Part shown: piece by piece, positions 40,850 through 53,769 of the stretch | Layout of the letters: every line of letters starts with the position of its first letter | Position numbering within the stretch: the stretch's first letter is position 1 | Assembly: GCF_964355755.1 (NCBI RefSeq) | Contig: NC_092680.1 | Location: 21,895,045 to 21,959,044 of the forward strand | DNA: 64,000 nucleotides | Reading direction: 5' to 3' | Source: Antedon mediterranea | Taxonomy: Eukaryota; Animalia; Echinodermata | Program-made: the position numbers and the translations under genes | The notes under the pieces: model-generated | Seen by the model: the letters and a program-made list of their open reading frames with translations, nothing else | Told to the model about the DNA's origin: nothing | Database searches by the model: none

Positions 40850-42220
40850 CCAGCCTACTAATTCTCCTGTGTATGCCATATTAAACTACAGATTAGTTAT
40901 TATTTAGTATTACTATTTCAAGATGTAATAGTCCACTTTAGGAAGTATCCCTACTCCAAATTTGTTTTTGTTATAATTATATAAACAAGCTTTGAATTAA
41001 TAACTTATATACACTATGTTACCAGTTAAGAGGAATCAGTTTGTAAACTTATGTTTACTCTAATACAATTCCACAAAATAAAAGGAGTTTTACTTTATTA
41101 CAATTAATAATTAAGTAGTACTTGGGTTTCAGTATGATTCACTAAACAATAAAATGAATAATATAAAATATAAAGGCCTATAAACATTAAATTAAAACCC
41201 GATTCATTACAATTTGTGCAATCAAATCTAATGCTATGCTTAATTTGAAAGTTTGTGTTGGTATATTCAAGTAGTATGTGAGAATAAACGAGGTGTATAA
41301 TTTGTAGTTTCTTGTTTAAATGTAGTAAGATTCTTTATTGTAATTCTATAAACATAACAGTAATTTGTGGGATGATTTATTTGAATGCCGTGTATGATAT
41401 TTAATGTGTAATAAAATAGGCTTATGTGAACATCTTGCTGTACCTTTCATTTGTGTCAATTCATATCCTTCAGTTTAATATAGAGAACACATATGTTAAC
41501 ATATGATTTTGATTGATCATTTACAAAATGAATGATATATAGACTTTGTTTATATTTTATGTTCAGTTTTATTTAATTCAGAAATCAATATGTAGTGAGC
41601 CCATTCTCCTGTTTCATATCCTTTATAATAATTTATTGTTTAACGGTTTAGTGTTTGTTCCAAGTGGAAATCAAGGTTGTTCCATAGACATTACAAAATC
41701 ATGTTTCTGTATTTTAACTATGGAATACATATAAAAGTATGTTATAAATCTCACTAAAAGGCTAATTTACAATAATGGTAAGCAGAAAACTGGGAGAAAG
41801 AAAGCGGGTTTCAATTGACCGTCTGCTCTGTGTTTGTGTAAATAATCATAAGAAATAGCCTGTACTAAACAAAAATATAGTTGTAGCCCTATATGATATT
41901 ACACAAATATCAGAAACAGTGATCCTACTTGCTGCAATTCTAAAAGCTGTTTTGTGTTAAAAACTGTAATTTTAATTAAAAAGCTTTTTGAACATGAGTT
42001 GTTTAGCAGCAATGAAGCGTTTTTAAACAAACTGACAAGAAAATAGTTTGAATAGTAAGTTTTATTATACAATAGTAGATGCCACCATAAAAAACATCTT
42101 AAAAGCAAGTCACACATTGTAAATCTAGAAATGTAAACTTAATACATTTGGAATAGTTGGGTTAAGTCCATCAAATTTGTACATAGTCTTTACATCAAGT
42201 ACCTTTGCTACCCAATTTTA

Positions 42221-42369
42221 AGCTCTGTCTACAGTATCAAACCAGTTTGACAAAAAAAGTGTGATGTGCCTAAATATGGTAGTAATATGTCCAAATATGG
42301 TAGTGATATGACATCATGTCCATATATAGCCACATTTGTCACATAAAGTTTGATAGTGTAGACAAAGCT
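42221..42369. mobile_element. PIF/Harbinger-type MITE, family A copy 1
   Basis: TIR AGCTCTGTCTACA(G/C)TATCAAAC, TTA on both flanks; inverted second copy at 59196-59320. Confidence 0.75.
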
Positions 42370-43625
42370 TTATAGTAGTACAATATGACCATGTCCTATT
42401 TCATTTCCCTGATTTGCACACATATTTAAAAAAAATAGTGGCAATAGGCTTGGAAGGCAGTGGTGAAAATATTATTAGAAAATGCTTCTTTCCCCACCTG
42501 AGTTATTAGTTATCTTAATGTTGATGCTTTGGCTGAAATATATTTCGAATAATGAGAGAACAACTTTATGTACTTTAAACTTTTGAATCCATCCTTGGGA
42601 ATCATTATCACATGCATAAATAATTTTCCTTTTAAACAAGATAAAGTTTGAATGGTAGACCCAAATATAGCTCTACTTTACAAAAACCTAAAAACTATGA
42701 AGTTGAAAAACATGATTAAAACCAATAAGATTATTTACACAATTGGTTTAAGAATCCTATAAGCCAAACGGTAAGGATTAAGGTTATAGCATGTAATAAT
42801 ATTTACAATCTTTAAACTACTGTACTATGACAAATATGTCATAAATAGTTCTATCTAAGAATTATTATTAAAAGATTCTATACATTTTACTGTATAGATT
42901 AAAAAATCACGTACTTAGCTTTTTGTCCACACACACATTTATATCTTTAATACCTTATTATAGTTAAACTCAATGTTCAAATACTGTACAATCTTTTACA
43001 AGCCAAAAATTACAAAATGTTTTAATGGCACTAACAAGACATTTGCAACTCACAAAAGTTGCTTTCAAAAGTCACTTTATATACTACTATGATTTAGGAT
43101 AATTCATTTATTTAATAAACATCAAACAAGTGCACCAAGAAATCAACATTGCTGCGACTAATATCAATCATTTTGTACAAATCATTTCAATTGAAGTATC
43201 ACTTGATACAAATGAGGTATGCAAACAAATAAATTACCCTATTTAAAAGAAAGCAATCTTGATATTAATATAGTAAACTAAGCACATGACTAAGAATGGA
43301 ATGTTTGTGTATTGATACAACAACCTGTTGTTAATGCCTGTTTTACAAAAGTTAAAGGATTTGAGCAAAGTAAAAATATCTCTTTTTAACTAATCAGAAA
43401 GAAACACAGTATTAATAATTATAATTGAGCATCCCAATTTTTTTGCACGTTTTAAAACAAAATGTCTCTTAAGATATGAGACCACTACACAATGCAACAT
43501 GCACGTACTGATGTTGGCTGTGTTTACTCCTGCACATTTGTTTTGTGAGATGTAGTGAGTAAATGTCTCTTAAGATATGAGACCACTACACAATGCAACA
43601 TGCACGTACTGATGTTGGTTTGTGT

Positions 43626-45944
43626 TTACTCCTGCACATTTGTTTTGTGAGATGTAGTGAGTAAATGTCTCTTAAGTTCATCAGTCCTTTTAAAGAGCAA
43701 TCCACACCGTCGACATGGGATTCCTTTTTTTGGGTTCCACTTATCCCATACAGATGCCTCTTCCATGAAACTCTGATAGCTTCTAACCCTACTAGCGGCC
43801 TCATCGTAATCGCTGTCATCGTCAGAAGAATGTTTTTTTCGTCGCTGTCTTTTGCGAGGTCTTTTGATGTCAAGTGATTCATCATCACTGGTATCTTCAG
43901 ATTGTATTTTAGTAGCTGGAAGGTCCATCTTTGCTATTGAAATGACGGCTGTGCTGCCATGCCCTGTCATTGCGCAATGATATTGATATGCGTGAAGATC
44001 TTTACATTTTCTACCACATTCTTTACATTGTCTTTTTTTTTCTTTTTCTGCCGAGTCATCATCTTCAGATTCTATTTCTTCTTGTACTGCCTTTTGTCTG
44101 CTGCCTCTTGCTTTCTTAGCATTTTGTGATGTAGAAGTTTTGCGTTTGTTGGTGCTTTTAGAGGTCCTATCCTTTGCTGGGCGTCCTTTAGATTTTATGT
44201 TAGTATTGTCTGAGTGCCCAGACATAGCAATGTGAAATTCTAATGTTGTGGTGTCTTTGAATTGTTTTTTACAAGTTGCACACTTTGGTTTTGTAATAGA
44301 CTTTGTTTGTGCTTTATTATTTTTAGTTGGTTTTTCTTCTTCACTTTCATCGGAAATGTCTGATTCAGATTCTTCTGAACTACTGCTATCACTACTGGTG
44401 AGATCAGCAATTCTTGACCTTGGTTTGACCTTTACAGCTCTATCTGAGCCTAGTTTTGATGCTCCATGACCCGATATTGCCATATGATAATACAATGCAT
44501 TTTTGTTTTTAAATTTTCTGGTACAAACACTGCAAAGTATATCAACAATATCTTCATTGAGAGTTAGTACTTGTTCATCATCAGATAGCTCTTCACTGTG
44601 ACTATAATCACCTTCATCTACTTCCTCTTCTTCGTCCACTTCCTCATCGTCTACTTCCTCATCATCGTCCACATCACTCACTTCATCTTTATTTGAATCA
44701 TTTTCCTCCTTAGTTGCATGACCACTTAAGGCCTCGTGGTAATTCAACATTTCTAAAGTTTTAAATTTCTTCCCACATTCAAAACAGTTGTAGCTTGATT
44801 TTGTTGAAGGTTTTCTTTCGTTTAGTGAACTTCCATTTTTAAGTATTTTGGCTTTTTGTGAGTCAGTTTTATTATTTTTGGTTGTTTTTGTTGCTTTATT
44901 TATTTCTGTTGTCTCTGCCCGAGTGTGACCACTAAGAGCACAATGCATATCTAATTCTTTCAAACTTTTAAACTTTTTCCTACAACCATTACAGTTGAAC
45001 GATTCGTTTCGATTCTCAAAAGTGTTTTTACTTTTACAATCACTGTTATTACTGCTTCTTCTTTTTCCATTCATTTCAGATTTTTGTTTTTCACTTTGTT
45101 TTTTCTCTGAATCTTTTTTTCCTGAATGTCCCTTTTGTGTTTTCTCAGCATCCTTTTTTTCTGAAAGCCTTTTTTGTATTTTCTCAGGTTTTTGTAGTTC
45201 ATTTGATTCCCTATTATCAGAATGTCCTGAAAGCGCTAAATGTAAATCCAAAGATTTAGAATCTTTGAACTTTTTATTACAACTACCACACGGCAGTTTG
45301 ATGTTTGTTGTTGCTGGAGTGTTATTCTCTTCTTGACTATCACTCGTGCAATCATTATCATGACCTGACATTGCATGACCTGACATTGCTTGACCCGACA
45401 TTTCATGACCTGACATTGCATGACCTGACATTGCATAGTGAAAATTAAGCGCTTCAATGTCTTTAAATTTTCGAGAGCATTCTCCACATTTCAGAGAGAC
45501 ATTTTGTTGTTTGGAGTTCGTCTTTTTCTTATCAATGGATGTGACATTTGTATCGTTTGGATTAGTATGTCCTCTGGCCGCACAATGGAATGACATAGTC
45601 TCTTTATCCTTAAATCGCTGCCCACAAGTTAAACATTTATTCAACATTTTTGTTGTTTTATTCAATGCATTATGTCCACTCTCTTTACTGTGTTGTAAAG
45701 AACAGTCTTGTTTTTTAACAGTTTTCTTTTTGGCAACATTCTTATTTAATGTATGTTTTTTACCAGTCATTGATGGTGGTAATTCCATACTCGAATCATC
45801 TTCCAATAACCCAGACATCATGCTATCTATCAGGTCCTCGTTAAAGTTTCCGTAATCCTGTCGTGTGCTTTCTATATTGCTATCATCAAGTTTTGGTATC
45901 AATACTTGCAAATATTTGATGTTGTGTATATCAATATCATCCAT
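43626..45944 (-). CDS. Protein with nine dispersed C2H2 (H-x5-H) zinc fingers and acidic/Lys-rich linkers, single coding exon
   Basis: 772-aa ORF; in-frame stop just upstream of the ATG; splice acceptor at about 45987; fingers C-x2-C-x3-F-x8-H-x-A-x-S-G-H. Confidence 0.85.
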   Translation of the reverse strand: MDDIDIHNIKYLQVLIPKLDDSNIESTRQDYGNFNEDLIDSMMSGLLEDDSSMELPPSMTGKKHTLNKNVAKKKTVKKQDCSLQHSKESGHNALNKTTKMLNKCLTCGQRFKDKETMSFHCAARGHTNPNDTNVTSIDKKKTNSKQQNVSLKCGECSRKFKDIEALNFHYAMSGHAMSGHEMSGQAMSGHAMSGHDNDCTSDSQEENNTPATTNIKLPCGSCNKKFKDSKSLDLHLALSGHSDNRESNELQKPEKIQKRLSEKKDAEKTQKGHSGKKDSEKKQSEKQKSEMNGKRRSSNNSDCKSKNTFENRNESFNCNGCRKKFKSLKELDMHCALSGHTRAETTEINKATKTTKNNKTDSQKAKILKNGSSLNERKPSTKSSYNCFECGKKFKTLEMLNYHEALSGHATKEENDSNKDEVSDVDDDEEVDDEEVDEEEEVDEGDYSHSEELSDDEQVLTLNEDIVDILCSVCTRKFKNKNALYYHMAISGHGASKLGSDRAVKVKPRSRIADLTSSDSSSSEESESDISDESEEEKPTKNNKAQTKSITKPKCATCKKQFKDTTTLEFHIAMSGHSDNTNIKSKGRPAKDRTSKSTNKRKTSTSQNAKKARGSRQKAVQEEIESEDDDSAEKEKKRQCKECGRKCKDLHAYQYHCAMTGHGSTAVISIAKMDLPATKIQSEDTSDDESLDIKRPRKRQRRKKHSSDDDSDYDEAASRVRSYQSFMEEASVWDKWNPKKGIPCRRCGLLFKRTDELKRHLLTTSHKTNVQE

Positions 45945-47396
45945 CCCTTCAGTTCACTGAAATGACCATCAATGGAACCATGTCACCTGTAACAAAAGGC
46001 GAGCAATTATCACACACTCAAAAAATGCTACTATTATTTTTATCAATTAAAACCTAAACGTCATTGTATTTGCAACAAAAATATTTTAATGATAATTGTG
46101 ATGAGCTCAAAATGTTAATATGCAAACAAATTAAAATAATGGCCTAACTAGCTTATTTACTATGTTTAAGTGTTAATTAATAATAATATATTACTGTATT
46201 TTCAAATGAAATTTTAAAAACACAGCCTGCAGCTAGCTGCTGAGTTTCTATCTAGCCGACTCTAGCCTACTCGGCAGTACTACACAGTAACGGATTGCCG
46301 TTTACACTCACTGCATCCATATCGAATAGGCCAATTCGAGCTGGGTATTTACTAAACTACTAAGAAAGTAGGTCGTACTGTATGTGTAGGGCCTCCTGCT
46401 CTCTACACTCGACTCGACTCTAGTTTAGGCCTGGCCCTGCATGTACGTGGGCAAGCCATCCCCGCGAGAATATTAGTATTTATTAATTATTAGTATTACG
46501 AATTAAACGCTATTATTATTCATTTATTTTAACTTACTTACATGAAAAAATATACACACTATATGCATAAGATGCAGAATATAGCATATGTTTAACAGAA
46601 AATACTGTAATATGTGCAGGCCTAGCCTAGATAATTTTATAGTGGGACGAACTGTAGAGACACACAGGGGGACGCTGTATTTACGCCCTCTTTTTTATGT
46701 TTTGGAAACGGTATGGGCGGCTGATTAAGTCAAAACAATCAAAACCTTTTATTGTACAATATTCATAAACAGTAACATCACGTTCTTAATTAAATACTAG
46801 AATGTTTGCTAGTGTAGTAATGTACTCGGAGCATTTCCCTGTTCAGTTTTTACCTTATTTAAATGTATTATTAATGAAATTATTTAAATAATCTTATTTA
46901 CATTTTTGTACTTATATTGGCTTATATTTATAGTTTAGTTATTTTATTTTCAACTTATTGGTGTTTTACACTGTTGGCTTGAAATAAAGAATAAAGAATA
47001 AAGAATTATTTTTTGATATTTTAATAATATGAACGTGTAACAATCCTGGTTCATTAATACCAGCACTTGTTGATATTTGGGGAAATATGGATTAATCTGG
47101 TAGGCCTATCTTTTACTGGATAACTTCGGTTTTAGAATCACCGATGCGTGACGTGTCGAATCCCGTGTCGAATTAATCAATAAATAGATTTTATTCGATG
47201 ATGACCATGAAAAGTGTATGCCAGTGCATGGAGTAAACTCCATGGCCAGTGTCATGCAATACATAGAATAGTAATTTAAAATCACTTTATTTTCATCCAA
47301 TTTTATAAATCAATAGGCCTATCAATTCAGCATTGTCAATTAAATTTCTTTATATCGGATACAAAAATAAAAGACAGTTTTCGTGTACCACCACCG

Positions 47397-47780
47397 CAGG
47401 CCCGTATGCAGCATTTATAATGGGGGGGTGCGAGCGAAGCGAGCAACAATGGCTGGGGGCCAGGGGGCCGCCAAGGGCCCCCGGTCAGGGTCCAGGGGCC
47501 GAAGGCCCTGGAAAAATTTGCGTTATTTGACGTTCTAAAGACTGATGTAAGACTCTCTGTTGTGGCTTGGGCTAGTTGAACGATGGACACCAGAACTTAA
47601 CGCTTTCATGATGAGGCCAACTCAGCAGGGGTGGCGCCAGGATCTTCCCGACGCGGGGGCTACATTCCCCGACGAGGGGGCTATGCGAGCGAAGCGAGCA
47701 TCACTAGGCTGGGGGCCACCAAGGGCCCCCGGTGGGGGTCCAGGGGGCGAAGCCCCCGGAAGCAACGCGTTCTAGCGTCA
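47397..47780. mobile_element. GC-rich ends of non-autonomous DNA transposons (two related segments)
   Basis: Starts CAGGCCCGTATGCAG and CAGGGGTGGCGCCAG; shared GCGAGCGAAGCGAGC and GGTCCAGGGG..CGAAG..CCC motifs. Confidence 0.5.
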
Positions 47781-50468
47781 TTTGAGGTCTTTTTAATCAG
47801 ATTTAGGGTAGCCATTTTTTCCATTTTTTATAATGCATAAATAAAATACTGCGTGCAAAAAAACGATGCGCGATGACGGTTTCAATCCATATTTTTCAAT
47901 TTAAAAAATAAAAGTTCAAAGAAAATTTTGAAAAATAGAGTTGGAGGTCCCGGAAATTGGACTTATTATACTTCAAAACATGAAAAAAAATATATAAGTC
48001 CCTATCATGGGTTGTGACTGAGCTAAGAAATGTTTGAAAAATAGAGATGTTAGGTCCCGGAAAATGTACTTCTTGTTCTTCGAAATATGACCAGCTTTAT
48101 TGTTGGGGCTGAGCTAAGAAAATGTTTAAAACTAGAGCTGCAGGTCTTCAAAAAATTGCATTTTATACTTTGGAAACATCAGGCCTAGAGGCTTAAAAAA
48201 CGCAAGCGTAGACCTTTTTCAGTCGGGGAAAAAAGTTTATTCCTCCCAGGGTGTATGCATGCGTACCATCTGGACTTCCGAGTGGTGAGAAATTCATGAC
48301 ATACAGGATATTGAAAATGTAATAACTATAGCTATAATGTTGGCTAAGCGAAAATGGCATGTTTTTTTGTTTAGTAATGGATGAAAAATTGATTTTAGGT
48401 GCCCCACGGTACAGAAGGTTACTTGTAAATTAAAAAATTGGTGAACAAACGAACAATTAACATAATTCGTTTTTGCTGTAGTGTAGCGTACGTCGACGCA
48501 GTACACGACGTAACCGTCGGTAAACTTCGCCTGGAAAATAACACATTACACATTTTGGTCCCTGGATGAAACTTGATATCACGCGTCTCGACCCAACGTT
48601 GAACGATTCGTACAAAGGGATACCGCCAGACAAGTGCGTACCTAGCTATTGTTTAGTAGTAAGTTAGATCGCTGGCAATAATGAATGCATATAAAGTGCA
48701 TAATATCACTCTGACGTACTCTCACGGTCAATGAAACGTCGCGGTTTTCTAGGCGCTGAAGCTAGCTACTAAGTGAACGCGAACGCTTTTTACTGTATAT
48801 TATATTCCCCGACAAAAAGTACACGTGTTCCCTGACTTTAAGTTGTCTGTATTTCTCCAGCAAACACTTTACCGCGTACCGCGTACATGAAGCGCTAAGC
48901 TATTGCTTGTCGTCACATGATCGACTGCGCATGTTTTACATCGAGTTTGTAGTCAGTTCAGATTCCGTAATTTAATTACCGGTATTTTTTCATTTTATAT
49001 TAGCATATTTTTGTTTGTATACCATTGATAATGTAAATTTTGTATATATATAATGATATTGTCTTTAGTTAAACAAGACAAGAAAAAATACCAACCGAGG
49101 AAATAGTGGACCTTTTGGGACTTGGGGGGGTGCGTCTGCACCCAACGCACCCCCCCTGGATACGGGCCTGTCACCGGTACACGATCCTCAATGCTGTCTG
49201 CAATTTGCGCGTGAAATCTGTTCCGATATACGTACACAATAAGTACACACAAAAAAACCCATAGCTGATTTTTATACTGAATACCAAAAAGCGATGTATT
49301 TGATGTCTTTCTTATTAATTGTGTATAATTCAACGGAATTTATTTTTACAACAAGCGCGTATTCTGGGTTGTTGTTGCAATACATAACTACGAAAGCAAT
49401 ATCGTCCATGTAATGTGTGAAATGGCATGGAGCGCATTGCAGCAGAAGCTGACGTCATCAAATCAGTGTATCAATATTACGCACTAATTGTTATTATTTT
49501 CACTAAACCGATTACCTGTATAAATAGTGAATTTACGAGTGTCTGTATGCCACTGACTTATATTTGATGGTATGATGAGTGCATGCTAAACGATTGGCGT
49601 GGGTGTTAGAATTCAATAAAACAAACAATAACTACAACCTGTTGCCTGCTATGTATCGGAATCACACACTGTTTATCGATTACAGTCGGTTCCCATCCGA
49701 AACGACGTCCAGGAGCAATATTGTTTAATTTCACAATTAATATTTAAAACATTCTTATGGATGGTAATCCTGCAGCAGTATTGTAAGCAACATACGATAG
49801 CTAAATGTAAGTAAAATGTTATCTATATAATTTGGTGATGATGCTTTTCTTAACTGAACAAAATAATAAATATAACTACTTCGTTCAGGCTGCTGTCAAA
49901 TTGTCATTGAATATGGTTTAGCAATTGTTGCTGATTGCGTTGGACTATTACAAATATAATACAGTCATGTTCAAAAGATGTTATTATTTCACAAATCTCG
50001 TGTTCTTTTAACACACGATGGAGAAATTTCATTATTTAAAGCGTCATATTTTGTTCTATTTTTCAGATTTATCTTCATTTTGAACAAGTTTGACGTTGAA
50101 CAATGACGTAATAGTGTGATTAGTGTCAAATGGAAAATTGTATAGTAGTTCTATTCTTATAATTCCTTGTTCAATTACTTGAATGTGAACAATCGTTGTT
50201 CAATTACTTGAATGTGAACAAGATGACGAAGCTGTTTGAAAGTATCCTTGCTCAACTCAACAGACAGGTGGCGTTGTTGAAACTCAATATTATAATTATT
50301 CAAGACAAGCTGGAAATGCAAATGTATTGCAATAAAAACAATGCAAATACACAAATCGCGTCACTCGTTAAAGGCAGTTCAACAAAACATAATAAGAGGA
50401 CTAAAATATTACGAAAAGCATTATATTTGTGTGTTGAATTTACTAACGTTTGTCATACAATTGAAATA

Positions 50469-51464
50469 ATGTCACCAAGACGAAGTTTGAAAAGACAAGC
50501 TGGCTTTGAGTTGGTTCCATGCGCTTTTTCTCAGACTCTTGCTGTCGAACCAGGTAGGCCTACAACGTCTCAACATTTGGACTCGGTTAACGGTAATAAT
50601 AATAATAACAACTGCTGCCAGCAACAACGAATGGTAAACGAGGATGACTTCTCACTGGACAAGTTAGCTCACCTAGGTTCCGGCGGTTTTGGATCAGTTT
50701 TTAAAGGTACTTATTGTGGCAGAAATGTAGCGATTAAATACATGCATGAAAGTAAAAGAAAAAGTCGAGCTTTAGTGCAGAGTTTTGAAGCCGAACTAGA
50801 AGCTGTCAACTTAGTTCATGAAAACATTGTTCGAATATTGGCGGCAAGTGACCCAACTGATGTACAAGTAGGCTGCTTTTTAATTATGGAGTACGCGGGT
50901 GATCGAAATTTATTACAATGTATTAATGACCCAACTGAACGATTTCCACTTCAGCGCAGGGCAAAGTATGCCTTTGATATAGTGAGCGCCTTAGAATACA
51001 TACACAGCAACTGTTTGGCACATTTAGATATCAAACCAGCTAATGTTATAATTTCACCAAATGATAGCTGTAAAATAACTGATTTCGGATGTTGTCGACA
51101 AGTAAAGAACGGTGTGGTTATTAATGGTATCACAGACCGATCTTACTTAACCGGTACGTATACGTACCGCGCACCAGAACTTTTACGTGGTAGTCTACCG
51201 ACCGTTAAAGCGGATATGTATTCCTTAGGTATAACTCTGTGGCATATGATGGTTCGTGAACAACCGTATGATGGAGATATGCACGTGGTTATATTTGCAG
51301 TGGTTGCGTACGGTTTGAGACCAGAATGTCCTGATAACGTGAATCTAAATGAACAGTGGTTTGTAAACCTCTTCAAGCAATGTTGGCATGCTTCACCAAG
51401 TGAGCGACCGTCGGCAAATGTTGTCAAGGAGACACTCTTTTGTAAACTTATTCGTTGCGTTTAA
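50469..51464 (+). CDS. MOS: Mos serine/threonine kinase (MAPKKK, oocyte maturation), intronless
   Basis: LGSGGFGSVFKGTY, VAIK, QSFEAEL..LVHENIVRIL, HLDIKPANV, KITDFGC, GTYTYRAPELLRG, VIFAVVAYGLRP are Mos hallmarks. Start set at MSPRR; the ORF stays open upstream to 50196. Confidence 0.93.
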   Translation: MSPRRSLKRQAGFELVPCAFSQTLAVEPGRPTTSQHLDSVNGNNNNNNCCQQQRMVNEDDFSLDKLAHLGSGGFGSVFKGTYCGRNVAIKYMHESKRKSRALVQSFEAELEAVNLVHENIVRILAASDPTDVQVGCFLIMEYAGDRNLLQCINDPTERFPLQRRAKYAFDIVSALEYIHSNCLAHLDIKPANVIISPNDSCKITDFGCCRQVKNGVVINGITDRSYLTGTYTYRAPELLRGSLPTVKADMYSLGITLWHMMVREQPYDGDMHVVIFAVVAYGLRPECPDNVNLNEQWFVNLFKQCWHASPSERPSANVVKETLFCKLIRCV

Positions 51465-51581
51465 ACGCCAATAAGAAACTACGATGTGAAGGCAATGTTG
51501 CCCACGCGCCATTATACTATTCAAGTCCAAAGTTTTATCTATGCCTATTGGCACAATGCCATGTACGTCTTTCTTTATTTG

Positions 51582-51923
51582 ATAATTGTGTATTTTAGAT
51601 ATTTTTTAATTTAATCATTTTCTAAAAAAAAAAATTATATATATATTATAAAATTGTACATTATTTATTTGTATGGGTCGTTATTTTTTTGCACAAAGTA
51701 TAATTAAATTGAAGGTATAATGCATGAATATTTTTATTTGATGGTATTTAATAACTGTGTATTTTAGATATTTTTAATTTTAATCATTTTATAAAAAAAA
51801 ATTATATTTATACTAAAAATTGTACATTATTTATTTATATGTGTCGGTATTTTTTTGCACAAAGTATAAATTGAATTGAAGGTATAATATATGAATATTT
51901 TTATTTGATGGTACGTAAATAAA
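51582..51923 (+). promoter_or_regulatory. mos 3' UTR: about 169-bp tandem duplication with CPE-like motifs and a poly(A) signal
   Basis: TTTTAAT at 51604, 51772, 51778; TTTTTAT at 51731, 51898; AATAAA at 51918-51923. Confidence 0.6.
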
Positions 51924-53039
51924 TTAATATATTTGATCCTTGAATCGAATTTTCTGATTTTAATTTCTCAAGTTTATGTATTTATAATTTATTAGTAGCC
52001 TACTCAACATTAAACGGAGTAGGTGTATCATAATGAAATTGTACCATTCGGGCCTATTCGACGTCATTGTTTTTGCGAAAAAATGTAAGGTTTTTGTCTT
52101 AAAGTTAACGCAAAAATAAGAACAATTTTTCGCTTAGATAAATTAATAAATCTGAGGAGTAAAATTAAGGAGGATTTAAAACAAAGTTTTAGAGACTTCT
52201 TGTTTGATAAATCTGGCCCAACGCGCCCCAGGTACGTAAATATTATGCTTATATAGTAAGTAACTTTATTGACAAACACTTTTGGATCATTGGCAACACA
52301 CTCATTAGTGGTGCAGTCAACTTAAACCACATACAAATAAACATTATAAACCAAACATACATACATATAGACATTAAATACAATGCAGTGGCTTTTCTTA
52401 AAGATGTATTGTCCCTTTGTCAAATTCCAAAAAAATAAAAAATAAAAGATTTTGAAAAAAAGTAGGTCATTTTGAAGTATCATAATAGTTATTAACTTTC
52501 ACAAAAAATTAGTCAATTAGTCAAAAAAAATCATTTAACTGAAATACAGACGTTTTTTGGTTAAACAAGGCCAACAGCCATAAGTCGCGTGCTCTCAGAA
52601 AAAAATGAACTTTCAAAAAGTAATGTACTTTAAAACTTGTCTGTACATCAAAACAGTTAAAAAAGTACAGAAAAGCGATAAAACGCATAGTGATACCATA
52701 CCGACCGACCGACATAGTGAACTATTGAGTCGCGTCCACGCGACTAAAAATAACTTTGACTTCCTTCCAGCATGGATTAATCCATGCTTCCAGTCAAAGT
52801 TTTCGTTCAAACCATATCTCATAATGCAACGCACTTATTTGGCTACTCTGTATGCATAATCATAAAACTTCCTCGCGATCTGTGTGAATTGGCAATTGAA
52901 TAAAAAATGTTGTATATTTTCTATTTCACCACTCTGACATATAGTGCAGTGGCCAAAAATGTCTTTAGACCATTTACAGGTTCGTCCATCAAGGGGTAAA
53001 GTATTCGATCTTAATTTAAATTTTAAGCTTGGTTATAAT

Positions 53040-53190
53040 CTGCATACTGCGCATGCTCTGATATGCATGAGGCGCGCGAGAAAGAGGATCATCGGGAGGA
53101 TTAAATCGCGAGAGCGAGCAGCTGCTGCAACAGCAGCAGACGACAAGAAGTAGTAAAAGACGGTGATCGCGGGAATTTTGATTGGTTTTG
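53040..53190 (+). promoter_or_regulatory. CpG-rich promoter / putative non-coding first exon of the SYCP2-like gene
   Basis: TGCGCATGC (NRF1-like) and TCGCGAGA (BANP/ZBTB33-like) motifs; ends at a donor TTG|GTAAGA. Confidence 0.5.
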
Positions 53191-53769
53191 GTAAGAAGCT
53201 TAGTGGGCCTAGGGCCTAGGTTAGCTAGACTAATTTGTTTGTTAATTTGTTACCCTTTTTCGGATGTTAATTAAATATTTGGGTAATAGACAGGCCTTAT
53301 TAATTAGCCTCTAGCCTAGGGCCTATATGTGAGCTAGGCTGACTGACTGAGGAAGCAGCATGCAAGCAGTCAGCATCGGAGGACCAGGCCAGCCAGCCAG
53401 AGCAGGAAGGGATTTCCAATACAAACGAGACACCATCAATATGCCTAGCTAGGCCCTATCCTAGGCCTACATACAATATAGCCTATTAGTATTAGAAAAT
53501 GTTTGCTGATCCAATAGGCCTATCTTAGAGGAAGGTGGCTCATAATAATACTTAAATTAATCCTTAGGGTATGTTAATAAATGTAAATTATAATAGGCTA
53601 CTACTAGCCTATACTAATAGCCTAGAGGCCAGGCTAGGTTAGGCCCTAGTACTAGCCTAGGCCTAGTGTAGTAGGCCTATATTATTTTAATGTGAATCAA
53701 ACTTGAAAATACAATATGAAACTGTTGACAGTGTTATCTCTAATCTAGCTAGGCCTAGGCTAGGCCTAA

